Assembly: GCA_016203135.1 (NCBI GenBank)
Contig: JACQNI010000025.1
Location: forward strand, 1-48,816
Length of the DNA stretch: 48,816 bases
Origin: Candidatus Woesearchaeota archaeon
GTDB taxonomy: Archaea > Nanobdellota > Nanobdellia > SCGC-AAA011-G17 > JACPNG01
Reading direction: 5' to 3'
A program made the translations under genes and the position numbers. Positions 9,323 to 19,088 of the stretch are shown here, one piece after another. The notes under the pieces are model-generated. The model was not told the origin of the DNA, did no database searches, and saw only the letters and a program-made list of their open reading frames with translations. Each line of letters opens with the position of its first letter. Position 1 is the stretch's first letter.

Positions 9323-9703
9323 TTCCTTTTTTAGGTCACTTAAATTATCAATTAACTTAACAGAATTTAGACACATAACGCAAATTCTATAGTCTTTTTT
9401 TATGCTTTTTAGATCCTCTACTAATGCTATTACAGGAATGTTTTTTGCATGGGCATAGCCTATTTCCCAGGCTGTCCCAGAACTAATTCCTTTCCAATCT
9501 AAAACAGCAATCATCAAGTCGCACCAGTCTACCATATCACGGTTTTTCTTGAATATTGGAACTGAATTTCCTGATTTGAAAATGCCTGTGTCTCTATGGG
9601 GCAAATAAGTCTCTATTTTTAATGACTTGCATAGCTTATCAATCTGTTCAAGGGTTTTTCTATGTTCTTTTTCAAATAAAGGGCCAGCTATGTAAACTTT
9701 CAT
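9302..9703 (-). CDS. nucleoside 2-deoxyribosyltransferase-like protein
   Basis: 133 aa. VYIAGPLF at the N-terminus and SGTAWEIGYAHAKNIPVIAL. Its 3' end overlaps the convergent GT2 gene by 21 nt. Confidence 0.7.
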   Translation of the reverse strand: MKVYIAGPLFEKEHRKTLEQIDKLCKSLKIETYLPHRDTGIFKSGNSVPIFKKNRDMVDWCDLMIAVLDWKGISSGTAWEIGYAHAKNIPVIALVEDLKSIKKDYRICVMCLNSVKLIDNLSDLKKELVKRLG

Positions 9704-9754
9704 TAAGTTATTTTTCTCATAATATTTTTAAAGCTATTTATTTAATGTCTTTTT

Positions 9755-10858
9755 ATGAAACATAAATGGAATAGGGATTGCAAGTCATTTCCTGGGAATT
9801 ATGCTTGTGATATTATGAAAGCTGAAGGTTACATAGATTGTGATAAATGTAAGTTTTACGAGCCATACTCCAAGAAAATTCTAATTATAAAACTCGGGGC
9901 TTCTGGAGATGTGATAAGGGCAACAACTCTGCTTTCTGGATTGAGAGAAAAATATAGAAGCAGTATAATAGTAAAGTGGCTTGTCACTGAATACAATTCA
10001 GAGCTCCTTAAAGGAAATGAATTCGTTGATAAAATATTGGTTTATAATCAAGATTCTATGTTGAGGCTTAATAATGAAGAATTTGATATACTGATAAATT
10101 TAGATGCAGATGAGCCAAGCACTGCTATAGCAAATCTTGTAAAAGCAAAGAAAAAATACGGATTTTACATGGATAAATACGGTCATCCTGCTGCTTTTAA
10201 TAAAGAAGCGGAATATTTTTTAGATATGCAGTTTTCTGATGTTCTCAAGAAGAAAAATAAGAAAAGCTCCCAAGAACTTTTTTTTGATATTGCCTGTTTG
10301 CCTTATAAAAAGCAGAAATATATGCTTAAGGTTTCAGATGAATCTAAAAAATATGCTGATGAATTTAAAAAGAGGCATAAACTTGGGAGAAATGTTGTCG
10401 GATTAAATATGGCTAGTGGTAAGAGGTGGCCCTCGAAAAGACCTTCTACTAGAATTATAGTAGATCTAGCTAAGAAGTTGCAAAAGAAAGGTTATAATCT
10501 ATTGATTCTGGGCGGTCCAGAGGAAAAAGATTTCTATGAGTTTTTAAAAAATAAATTGCATGAAAATGGAGTAAAATTTACTATTAATAATTTAAATAAT
10601 TCAATTAAGGAGTTTATTGGGGTCGTTAGCATTTGTGATAAGGTTATCTCGACAGACAGTTTTGCAATGCATCTAGCAATTGCTTTAAACAAGGAGACAA
10701 CTGCTTTATTTTATTGCACTCCTTCTTGGGAGATAGAAAACTATGGTAAAGTTAATAAGATTACAAGTAAATTACTGGAAAAGTATTTCTATACAGATGA
10801 ATATATTGAAGAGCTTGTAAATAGTATATCTGCTGATGAAATGCTGAAAGAGTTTTAA
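9755..10858 (+). CDS. GT9 family glycosyltransferase (heptosyltransferase-like) with N-terminal Cys cluster
   Basis: 367 aa. TDSFAMHLAIAL (GT9 nucleotide-sugar site) and an N-terminal C..C..CDKC. Confidence 0.7.
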   Translation: MKHKWNRDCKSFPGNYACDIMKAEGYIDCDKCKFYEPYSKKILIIKLGASGDVIRATTLLSGLREKYRSSIIVKWLVTEYNSELLKGNEFVDKILVYNQDSMLRLNNEEFDILINLDADEPSTAIANLVKAKKKYGFYMDKYGHPAAFNKEAEYFLDMQFSDVLKKKNKKSSQELFFDIACLPYKKQKYMLKVSDESKKYADEFKKRHKLGRNVVGLNMASGKRWPSKRPSTRIIVDLAKKLQKKGYNLLILGGPEEKDFYEFLKNKLHENGVKFTINNLNNSIKEFIGVVSICDKVISTDSFAMHLAIALNKETTALFYCTPSWEIENYGKVNKITSKLLEKYFYTDEYIEELVNSISADEMLKEF

Positions 10859-10859
10859 T

Positions 10860-12395
10860 ATGGAATCCAAGATTGAAGACAAATACCTGCTTTTTCCCAT
10901 TATCCTTTTAGCAGGGATTTTGTTATATAGATTGATTAAGTTTTCCCAGATATTGCACTATTTTCCCTTTAATATTGGAGACCTAGCTCAAAGAATGGCC
11001 CAATTCTTTTTATTTGCAAAATATGGTTTCTTAAACCTTGTTCCTACTTGGTATAATGGTTTTATTTCATTAAAGTTTTATCCGCCATTATGGTATTTTT
11101 TTACTTATCCCTTTTATGTATCAACTAATAATCTAAATCAAGCTATTCTCTTATCCTTGATATTTATGCTTTTAATAGCCCTTTTATTTATGCTTTATTT
11201 TGGAAAGCTAGTAAGATTATCTTTTGCTAAAAGAATAGCCTTGTTCTTTTTATTTTTCTCATCGCCTTTACTAATAGATCAAATATTTAACATAGGTAAA
11301 TTGCCTGAATTATTTGGTTGGATGTTGTTCATCCCCCTATTTTTCTTATTTGTTTACTATAAAGACAATAAATTAGATTTGAAATTTTTTATCTGGTTTA
11401 TTATATTATATTCAGGAATATTATTGAGTCATCCATTTTTATGGCCGGGAGTTTCATTTTTCTTATTATCTCTGCTATTTGTTAAAATCTTTAAAGAAAA
11501 AATTTATATTATATTTTCAATAATTTTATCCTTGTTTGCTGTTTCTTTTTGGCTAATTCCATTTCTTCTTGGTTTGCAAGGAGAAGCTGGATGTAATTTT
11601 ATTTGCCTTGATATAAGAGATTATATAGAAAAGCCTGAATTTTCTCCTCATCATATAAATCCATTGAGGGAATTGTTATTCCCAGGAAGCATCTTTTCTT
11701 TTAGCACCTTTATATCTATCGGATTTTTAATAATGTTTTTTGTCTATTGGAAATCTGTTGATAAAAGCAAAAAAGAATTGCTTTTTTACTCCCCATTTAT
11801 ATTCCTAAGCATTGCAATATTGACTAGGATAATAATCTTCCTGCCTTTTCTGAACAAGCCACCGATAAACCCCTATAATACATTGCTTCTCTTCCCCTTG
11901 CTATTTTTGTTCCTGAAAACAAGATATCCAATTTACTATAAAAAAATTCCAAGCATTTTGGCTATATTGATCCCAATTATCTTTCTGTTAAGCAATTTTT
12001 ATTTAATAGATGATAAATCTCTAAGCTATTCAGCAATAGACAAGGAATTTATGGAAATATCCAAAGATTTAGATAGTAGATATCTGCCAATAATGGATTT
12101 TACTATAAAAAATCAATATATTAGGTCTCCTTCGATATCTTATATAACAATTAAAAAAGATTTGTCAACCCCTTATGGGGCGTTTAATACAGATTTAAGT
12201 AAAGAATTGTTTAACAAGTTAAATTCAATAACAAATGATTTTAAAAACAATGATTGTAAAAATGCAGTTTCCAAGATAAATGAGCTTGAAGTAGATCAAC
12301 TGCTAAGCTATAAAGAGCATTGTAGCTTTATAGAAAAATGTAAGTTAAAGGCAAAAACCATAACTGAAAACTATTGCATTTACGAAGTAAATTAA
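10860..12395 (+). CDS. polytopic membrane protein with C-terminal soluble domain (putative GT-C-like), paralogue of 12392..13876
   Basis: 511 aa. Shares YFP..D..AQ..F.A.FGF...VP.WYNGF, ELFGW and STP(Y/F)G blocks with the neighbouring gene. Confidence 0.6.
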   Translation: MESKIEDKYLLFPIILLAGILLYRLIKFSQILHYFPFNIGDLAQRMAQFFLFAKYGFLNLVPTWYNGFISLKFYPPLWYFFTYPFYVSTNNLNQAILLSLIFMLLIALLFMLYFGKLVRLSFAKRIALFFLFFSSPLLIDQIFNIGKLPELFGWMLFIPLFFLFVYYKDNKLDLKFFIWFIILYSGILLSHPFLWPGVSFFLLSLLFVKIFKEKIYIIFSIILSLFAVSFWLIPFLLGLQGEAGCNFICLDIRDYIEKPEFSPHHINPLRELLFPGSIFSFSTFISIGFLIMFFVYWKSVDKSKKELLFYSPFIFLSIAILTRIIIFLPFLNKPPINPYNTLLLFPLLFLFLKTRYPIYYKKIPSILAILIPIIFLLSNFYLIDDKSLSYSAIDKEFMEISKDLDSRYLPIMDFTIKNQYIRSPSISYITIKKDLSTPYGAFNTDLSKELFNKLNSITNDFKNNDCKNAVSKINELEVDQLLSYKEHCSFIEKCKLKAKTITENYCIYEVN

Positions 12396-13876
12396 TCCAT
12401 TATTTTATACAAACAAGTACTTTCAGTTTTTTTTACCAACTTAAATTCATTTAAACTATCTAAATAGTCACAATGTTCCCCAAAAGTTGCAATCTCGCTC
12501 AAATCTAAATCCTTAAATGCCTTGATAAAAATATCATAATCCCTGTCTCTAAAAGAATTCCCTACATCAAATAGTTTTTCATTCAATTCTTTAGATGCAT
12601 ATTGATTAGACCATCCAAAAGGCGTGCTTAAATTGTAAAAAATAGCATTATAAGAATAATAAGCCTTTGCTAATGGTGTTGAATAAACACTTCCAACAAC
12701 CATATATCTCCCTTCAATCAAAGGCATTAAGCTGTTAAATTCCTTCTCAATTTTTCCATGTTCCTTGTATAAAGGCACATATATGATGGATATGATTATA
12801 AAAATAATTGGTAGTATTATTAAAGCTGAATAAGCAATATATTTTAATTTTATATTTCTAGAAAGGTCAACTTTCAAGAACAAATAAAATCCTAAAAACA
12901 AGAAAAATAATGTATAAGAATCAGGCTGTATGTTCCTTAAAACTGGTATAAAATTTACCAATCTAAACAAAAATATTACAGCCAATATTAAAGAAGGTAT
13001 ATAAAACAAAAGCTCTTTCTTGTTTTTTCTATTTTTGTAATAAAAATAAAATAAAAGAATAAAGCAAAAAGCAGTCAACATCCCAGCCAAGTTGCTCAAT
13101 AAAAATCTTCCATTTAAACTTAATAAATTATCCCCATAATTAGTAATAAAAGTGCTTGTATTTTTCAAGTTTAAGACATAATCAACCCACCAGAAAGAAG
13201 TTATTAAAACAGAAATAATAAATCCAACAACAATAAAGATTTTTTCTTTGATATTTTTTACTGAAAAAAGTGAAAACAAAAACAAAGATATAAAGATAAG
13301 CGGCATTGGATGTGTTAATATCAATCCAGCGTATAATGGTATGAATAATAAAAATCTCTTGTCTATTTTTTTGTCTTTAAAATAGACCATCAATATAAAC
13401 AAGGCTATAAAAAATAGCCACCCAAAAAATTCAGCAGTTCTTCCAAGCCTTATGAAATTTCCTATAGCAATTGGATTTGCAAAGAAGAAAAAAAAGAAAA
13501 ATATCCCTTTTGTCCTTGAAAATCCCTCTATTTTTGCCAATATCAAAAACAAGAAAAAAGCTAAAATATAAACTATTATCAAAGCCAAGTACCATGTTAG
13601 TTGTAAATTCTTAGTCAAGTAATATATTGGCAGTGCAAAATAAAACCATCCTGGATAATAAGCAAGAAACAAGTTAAAGCCATTATACCAATAAGGAACT
13701 ATTTGATGAAATCCAAATTCAGCCAGAAAATATAACTGAGCTAAAACACTAGATACATCGTTTACATAATCCAAAGGAAAATAAGTAATTATCTTTGCTT
13801 GGTCTATCAGTCTAAAAATAAAATAAGCTGCCAAGACAATTATTCCAAAGTAATATGGCTTATCAGAATTGCCCAT
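12392..13876 (-). CDS. polytopic membrane protein with C-terminal soluble domain (putative GT-C-like), paralogue of 10860..12395
   Basis: 494 aa with the same conserved blocks. Convergent with its paralogue, and the two stop codons share the tetranucleotide TTAA. Confidence 0.6.
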   Translation of the reverse strand: MGNSDKPYYFGIIVLAAYFIFRLIDQAKIITYFPLDYVNDVSSVLAQLYFLAEFGFHQIVPYWYNGFNLFLAYYPGWFYFALPIYYLTKNLQLTWYLALIIVYILAFFLFLILAKIEGFSRTKGIFFFFFFFANPIAIGNFIRLGRTAEFFGWLFFIALFILMVYFKDKKIDKRFLLFIPLYAGLILTHPMPLIFISLFLFSLFSVKNIKEKIFIVVGFIISVLITSFWWVDYVLNLKNTSTFITNYGDNLLSLNGRFLLSNLAGMLTAFCFILLFYFYYKNRKNKKELLFYIPSLILAVIFLFRLVNFIPVLRNIQPDSYTLFFLFLGFYLFLKVDLSRNIKLKYIAYSALIILPIIFIIISIIYVPLYKEHGKIEKEFNSLMPLIEGRYMVVGSVYSTPLAKAYYSYNAIFYNLSTPFGWSNQYASKELNEKLFDVGNSFRDRDYDIFIKAFKDLDLSEIATFGEHCDYLDSLNEFKLVKKTESTCLYKIMD

Positions 13877-13877
13877 T

Positions 13878-16514
13878 TTACTCCCTTACTTGATCCACTC
13901 TAGGATCTGGCAATTGAGTCCCATAAAATTCTTCAGGAACTTGAAGATCTTTAGGATAAGTTATTTCCCATATCTTTAAAGGTCCTATTAACCTCCCTTG
14001 ATAAATTGCTAAAGGAAAATTATTGCTGTCATCATAAACAACCTTAAAATTTTCATTTTGAACATTAAAAAGATAAAGCTCAGCAAACCTAGATTTCTTG
14101 ACATCTGGAGACAAATACAATCCGGCCCCAAGACCATTTAGATTATTATTGTCTTGAATATTAGGAATTAGCCTAAAACATCCTTGCAATGCATCCTTGT
14201 TATCAAACTCTATTTTTTGATTTCCAATATACAAGCAAGATAAAGGCACCCTTGCTTGATTTCCTTCATAAACTATAACAGCTTCTGGTTCTTTATCCAA
14301 ATTTCCGAGATTATCTAAACTATTCCCAGAAACACTTATTAAAAAAGCCCCTATCCCAGCGCTTCTGGCAGGATATAACTTTCCCTGATAGACAAAATCA
14401 TCATCTAGCGGAGTTCCCCCCTCATAAATCAATATAGAGCCATTTCTTCCCTCTTGTATCTGTGGATTTAAAACAAATGTGTTTATCCAGGAATATCTAT
14501 CATAGTTAACATCGCTCCCAATAGATGAAAAAGCAGGATACTTACCTATTTCATCAGAAACTATCAATAAATGGGTTGCATTATTTGCCTTAAGTAATTG
14601 CAAGGCTTCTATATCACTTTGTCCAGTCAATACATGCCTTCCAATCCAATAATTTATAGCCCCCCTTGAATTACCCCCATCGCTTAAAGTGGCCCTATTA
14701 GCCCCATATTGTACCAAATATCCATAATCCCACCAATGTGCAAAAACAGCAGTTTCTGGAGTATTTTTCTTAACCCAATCCATAGCCACTTGCCATTGCT
14801 GATTATATACTGGCCCAGAATAAGATGCAATAGCCATAGATGAGCTTGCAAAAGAATACACCATAAATATAAGCAAATATAAAACAGCAGCATATATTCC
14901 TATTTTAAATATATTTGATTTTAGATTATGATAAGCATAGTCAAAAGCCCATACCAAGATATAAGCAACCAAAATTGTTGTTACAGGAGCTAGAATTAAC
15001 ATTAATCTTACAGCAGACCTTCCAGCAACTATCATTAGAGTCAAAAAGATAAGCATGAATATGTAGGTCTTGTCTATGCTTAATATTTCCTGATATGCCT
15101 CTTTATTTTTATAATATGTATAAAGATAATACCAAATAATTATTGATCCAAATAAGATTAAAGATCCAATATAAACAACCTTTGATAGATTACTTACCCC
15201 ATTAAAAGTGGAGCTTGAAGAATATCTGCTGAATATAAATCCAAATAAAAATAATGAATATAAAATAGTGGCCTTTATCCTATTTTTCTTGAAATGTTTT
15301 AAAGCCCCATAGAACATTAAAATAGCCCCAGCCAAAAACGACCAAAAATAAGTCAATCCAAATTCATTTGCCCAGTCTCTTATATAAGGCTGATGGCTTT
15401 CAGCAACAGTCAAGGCCCATCTTGATTTCCCAAAAGGAGCAATCATGTCAACATATATGTTAGCTATCTTATCATATATAAAAGAAAACCCAAAAAATAA
15501 AACATAGAATATTAATGCCAAAATAATAGCAAAGAAAAAAGCGACAAACCCTTTTGGATATTTCCCATGTATCTTTTCCTTGATTCTGAATATGTCAAGA
15601 TTGTATATAAGATAAAAAACTATTCCAACGAAAAATGTAAATATCATTAAACCAGAGGTAAAAGAATTTACAAAAGTCCCGATTATTGGATATCTTCCTT
15701 GTCCAAAAATATTCATTGTTGCTATGGCAAAGATCATCCAGGAACTATATGATAAAAAGTCATTCTTCCTGAATTTATCCAATAATATTTCAACTAAAGC
15801 AAATAATCCAATGGTTAAAAAGATAAAATTTACCCCTCCCCAAACCAGTCCAGTCATTCCAGTAGTTATCCCTGACAATATTCCTAATATAATTCCATTT
15901 CTCAGCCTTTTTGATTTCCATGCAGAAACATACAAGTAATAAGCCATGAACATAAAAGCTAAAGCTAAAGCCTCTTTATCTGAAAAGCCAAGCATTGTCC
16001 TATGCAAAAAACTAGGCATAGTAGCCAAAAAGGCGCTTGCAACTAAAGCTATTCTATAATCAAAAAGCTTCCTTACAAATAAAAAAAAGAATATTATTGC
16101 AATAACAAAGGCTATTGGCGGATAATATATGTCTGCTTGTGCTATAGTAACAGCTGGATTAAAAAAGCTCCAGAATTTATATAGATAAAAGATAAAATAG
16201 CTCAATAAGCTGAATTCGCTTAAGCTTTCAAAACCCAATGGATAATATCTTAAGACATCTACTTGCGGTAACATTCCATTCAAAGCAATATCGTTTACAT
16301 ATCTTAGAATGACTAAAGCATCCAAGTCAGAAGGAATATACTGTCCATTTGCTACATCTTTTAATAAGCCTATATTTCTAAGTCTTATAAGGAATCCAAA
16401 TATGACTATGGCAGCCAATATAATGTATTGCCATGAATTAGAAAACCTTCCTTTAAATAATCTTAATAATTTCTCTTTTCTTTTCTCTAGTGTATTCTCT
16501 ATAGTCCCTTCCAT
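13878..16514 (-). CDS. aglB: archaeal oligosaccharyltransferase AglB (STT3 family)
   Basis: 878 aa. About 13 TM helices followed by the hallmark WWDYGY motif (FAHWWDYGYLVQYG) and a large C-terminal domain. Confidence 0.9.
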   Translation of the reverse strand: MEGTIENTLEKRKEKLLRLFKGRFSNSWQYIILAAIVIFGFLIRLRNIGLLKDVANGQYIPSDLDALVILRYVNDIALNGMLPQVDVLRYYPLGFESLSEFSLLSYFIFYLYKFWSFFNPAVTIAQADIYYPPIAFVIAIIFFFLFVRKLFDYRIALVASAFLATMPSFLHRTMLGFSDKEALALAFMFMAYYLYVSAWKSKRLRNGIILGILSGITTGMTGLVWGGVNFIFLTIGLFALVEILLDKFRKNDFLSYSSWMIFAIATMNIFGQGRYPIIGTFVNSFTSGLMIFTFFVGIVFYLIYNLDIFRIKEKIHGKYPKGFVAFFFAIILALIFYVLFFGFSFIYDKIANIYVDMIAPFGKSRWALTVAESHQPYIRDWANEFGLTYFWSFLAGAILMFYGALKHFKKNRIKATILYSLFLFGFIFSRYSSSSTFNGVSNLSKVVYIGSLILFGSIIIWYYLYTYYKNKEAYQEILSIDKTYIFMLIFLTLMIVAGRSAVRLMLILAPVTTILVAYILVWAFDYAYHNLKSNIFKIGIYAAVLYLLIFMVYSFASSSMAIASYSGPVYNQQWQVAMDWVKKNTPETAVFAHWWDYGYLVQYGANRATLSDGGNSRGAINYWIGRHVLTGQSDIEALQLLKANNATHLLIVSDEIGKYPAFSSIGSDVNYDRYSWINTFVLNPQIQEGRNGSILIYEGGTPLDDDFVYQGKLYPARSAGIGAFLISVSGNSLDNLGNLDKEPEAVIVYEGNQARVPLSCLYIGNQKIEFDNKDALQGCFRLIPNIQDNNNLNGLGAGLYLSPDVKKSRFAELYLFNVQNENFKVVYDDSNNFPLAIYQGRLIGPLKIWEITYPKDLQVPEEFYGTQLPDPRVDQVRE

Positions 16515-16560
16515 GATTCATAAGTTTTATTGTACTTTAAATAGATTTCTTTTGGAAAAA

Positions 16561-16606
16561 TTGAAAATAAAATAGAAAAAGAGAAAAAAAGCTATTTAAG
16601 CTTTTT
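16561..16606 (-). terminator. hairpin plus oligo-T terminator after the S-layer gene
   Basis: The minus strand reads TAA-AAAGCT-TAAAT-AGCTTTTT (8-bp stem, 5-nt loop) followed by TTTTTTTCTCTTTTTCTATTTTATTTT. Confidence 0.45.
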
Positions 16607-18848
16607 ATTCTACTGTTATGTCTGTCAAGCTTGTACCCTTGACCAAGGCTTCTGAACCAGTCAATGTGTAATCTTCATGGTTAGCAAGCACTTTTGCAGC
16701 TCTTCTTGTGTCCATTGCATCATACCCTGCAACTACCATAGCTACCTTGTTTCCATTGTCAACAAGTCTTATGATAGCTTCTCCAGGGCTATATGTTGCT
16801 CTGAAATCGTCTGCAGTTCCAATAAATGTTCTTGCAACAGAGTTTATAGCTGGTCCTCCAACAACAATCAAGTTATAGTTTGCTACATTTGTTACTTCAG
16901 TATCCAACAATGTCCTTGGATTGATGTCTGCAACACTACAAACCTCTCCAGCACTTGAACCTCCAAGTGTACTTGGACCTCTTATTACAATATTTCCTTG
17001 TACTTGATCTCCAGGAATGCTTACCTTGACTTCATCACTAGCTCCATTTGACTTTGGATCCTTTATGACAATACCATATTTTGTTCTATGATCTTCATCC
17101 TTTGTACCAATAGTAGTTAATGCAGGACCCATCCAAACAAGTTCTCCAGCTTCTTCACTTGATGCAGTTGTACCCAAAGAGGTCAATAAACTATTAGTAG
17201 TGCTATCATTTCTCCATACAGTTATTATATCATCAACACCACCAGCCAAATCAGAATCTGTATCTCCTTGTATATCCAATGTTAAGTTCATTCCATGTGC
17301 ACCTGTATCCAAATCTAAATCAAATGCAACATTTGTACTCTTTGTGTCTTTGAAGTCAATTTCCATGAAGTTATTTGATGTAAGACTTCCATTTCCAGCA
17401 AAGTACTTCTTATTTGTCTCTGTATCCTTATAGAATACTGAAAAGTTTCCTAGAGCATTATCCTTGACTATCCATACTTCATCTGTCTTAACATCCTTTG
17501 ACAGGTTATCAACTGCTTGTAATACCCCATCTTTAAGTTTCAATGATTCTTTTACACTTGACTTAATCCTAACAGTATCTCTAGATGTATAGCCAGAAAC
17601 TGAATCTGTGAAATCTACCCTCTTTTCAAGACTAATATCTAAGTCCATATAATTGTCGTCTGCAACAGTCACGCTATCAAAGCATAGGCTTACATAGTTA
17701 TTTGGTAAGTCTAAGCAATCTCCAGACATCAATGCATCTCCATCTGCTCCATCAACCCATCTCCAGTCATTCTCAACTCCAAGGCTTATTCCTCCAACCA
17801 TAATAGATCCGTCTGCACCGCCTCCAATAGTGGTAGTACTCGAAGATGTTAAATTGCCTATGTCCCATACCCATTTAGGATCATTATCATCCTCTCCAAT
17901 ATATTCGTCACTATCTACATAACTTTGGGTTGCATCTTGACCAATAACCAATGTAGCTGATCTTTCCCCTCTGGTGTCTGTATAGAATGACTCATCATTT
18001 GTAATTTCTATACCATTGACTGTTCTTGTTGATCCAGATGAAATTGTTTCTTGAACTCCGTCTACATCTACAACAATAGCTCCACCAGATCCTACATTCT
18101 GCAAGGTTATCTTTTTACTGTTAACAGTAACCACATCGTCTATATCCATAAAATATTCAGTTCCAACTTGTGCTGTGAACTTTGTGGCTGAGTCTGTTTT
18201 TGTAATCTTTATTGTCTTACCCAAGAATTTTATTTCCAATGGGTCTGAAGACGATGTACCATTCAGGTTTATTGTCTCATCAAATTTATAATAATATTTT
18301 ATACCATCCCTTTCAACCTCTACAACAACATTGCTTTCATAATCATCATCAGATGCAGTCAAACTTGATTGTACACTAACATTATTTGTTCTACTAAATA
18401 TTAAAGCATCGCTTACATCATAATCTGCACTCTTGAAGTTTACTGTTGTATCTACAAATCCATCTAGATCAGAATCATCTAGTTCTCTATCTAGCTGATT
18501 GGTTGCAACAATATTGCTTCCAATAGGAACATCTTCGCTCTCTCCACCACTAATAGTAACAGTTCCATCGCCACTAGGACTGCAGTCTTTAGCCTCAAAC
18601 TGTAAATTTGTAGCTATATCTACCATCCCTAATGTATCAGAAGCTGCTGCATTCTCACCAACAACAAATGCATTAGAACTATCATAGTCACCACCAACAA
18701 CAAAGGGTGATGGATAACTCCCTAAATCTAAACCTGCTGCTTGACCCAAAGCACCACTAGCACTCAGTCCAAGCATTGCGCCACCAATACCTATAGCGGC
18801 GACTCTTTTTATAGTCTGTCTTGTTTTAAGCAAAAACTTTTCTTGCAT
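16605..18848 (-). CDS. S-layer / major surface glycoprotein candidate
   Basis: A signal peptide (AAIGIGGAMLGLSASGALGQAAG) precedes an acidic, Thr/Ser/Asp/Gly-rich body with no Cys-rich or TM regions. I count 8 N-x-S/T sequons. The C-terminal NLIVVGGPAINSVA...VAGYDAMDTRRAAKVLAN block resembles archaeal S-layer proteins. The region is visibly less AT-rich than its surroundings. I prefer ATG 18848, which sits 7 nt from a GGAGGTG, over the track TTG at 18854. Confidence 0.7.
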   Translation of the reverse strand: MQEKFLLKTRQTIKRVAAIGIGGAMLGLSASGALGQAAGLDLGSYPSPFVVGGDYDSSNAFVVGENAAASDTLGMVDIATNLQFEAKDCSPSGDGTVTISGGESEDVPIGSNIVATNQLDRELDDSDLDGFVDTTVNFKSADYDVSDALIFSRTNNVSVQSSLTASDDDYESNVVVEVERDGIKYYYKFDETINLNGTSSSDPLEIKFLGKTIKITKTDSATKFTAQVGTEYFMDIDDVVTVNSKKITLQNVGSGGAIVVDVDGVQETISSGSTRTVNGIEITNDESFYTDTRGERSATLVIGQDATQSYVDSDEYIGEDDNDPKWVWDIGNLTSSSTTTIGGGADGSIMVGGISLGVENDWRWVDGADGDALMSGDCLDLPNNYVSLCFDSVTVADDNYMDLDISLEKRVDFTDSVSGYTSRDTVRIKSSVKESLKLKDGVLQAVDNLSKDVKTDEVWIVKDNALGNFSVFYKDTETNKKYFAGNGSLTSNNFMEIDFKDTKSTNVAFDLDLDTGAHGMNLTLDIQGDTDSDLAGGVDDIITVWRNDSTTNSLLTSLGTTASSEEAGELVWMGPALTTIGTKDEDHRTKYGIVIKDPKSNGASDEVKVSIPGDQVQGNIVIRGPSTLGGSSAGEVCSVADINPRTLLDTEVTNVANYNLIVVGGPAINSVARTFIGTADDFRATYSPGEAIIRLVDNGNKVAMVVAGYDAMDTRRAAKVLANHEDYTLTGSEALVKGTSLTDITVE

Positions 18849-18855
18849 TAACAAA

Positions 18856-18862
18856 CACCTCC
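18856..18862 (-). promoter_or_regulatory. Shine-Dalgarno GGAGGTG of the S-layer gene
   Basis: The reverse complement of CACCTCC lies 7 nt upstream of ATG 18848. The 234-nt upstream spacer contains TTTATAAA-type TATA candidates, implying a long leader. Confidence 0.5.
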
Positions 18863-19088
18863 ATTTTTGTGTTTCTTAACCATAATGGTTTTTTGTCTTT
18901 CTCTTAAACATTTTTTATATTAAAGAGATTAAGTTTATTGTGTTAATCCTTTCTTTATAAATATTTTGGTTTTAAAGAGCATACTAATCGGTTAATTCCA
19001 TAATATAACAGCTACACAAAGCCTTAAACCTAAGTTTAGCTATTAAAAAAATTGATTTTTAGTAACCACTTTTTTAAGGTTACATTGC

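Noticed and set aside
14684-16575. ORFs 14684..14893 (-), 15724..15939 (+) and 16309..16575 (+) overlapping aglB
   Set aside because: Out-of-frame or antisense within a gene carrying the WWDYG signature. No independent support.
16677-18687. Plus-strand ORFs within the S-layer gene (16677..16958, 17200..17433, 18499..18687)
   Set aside because: Antisense shadows. Their Ser/Cys/Val-rich translations are typical of the reverse frame of a Thr/Asp/Gly-rich gene.
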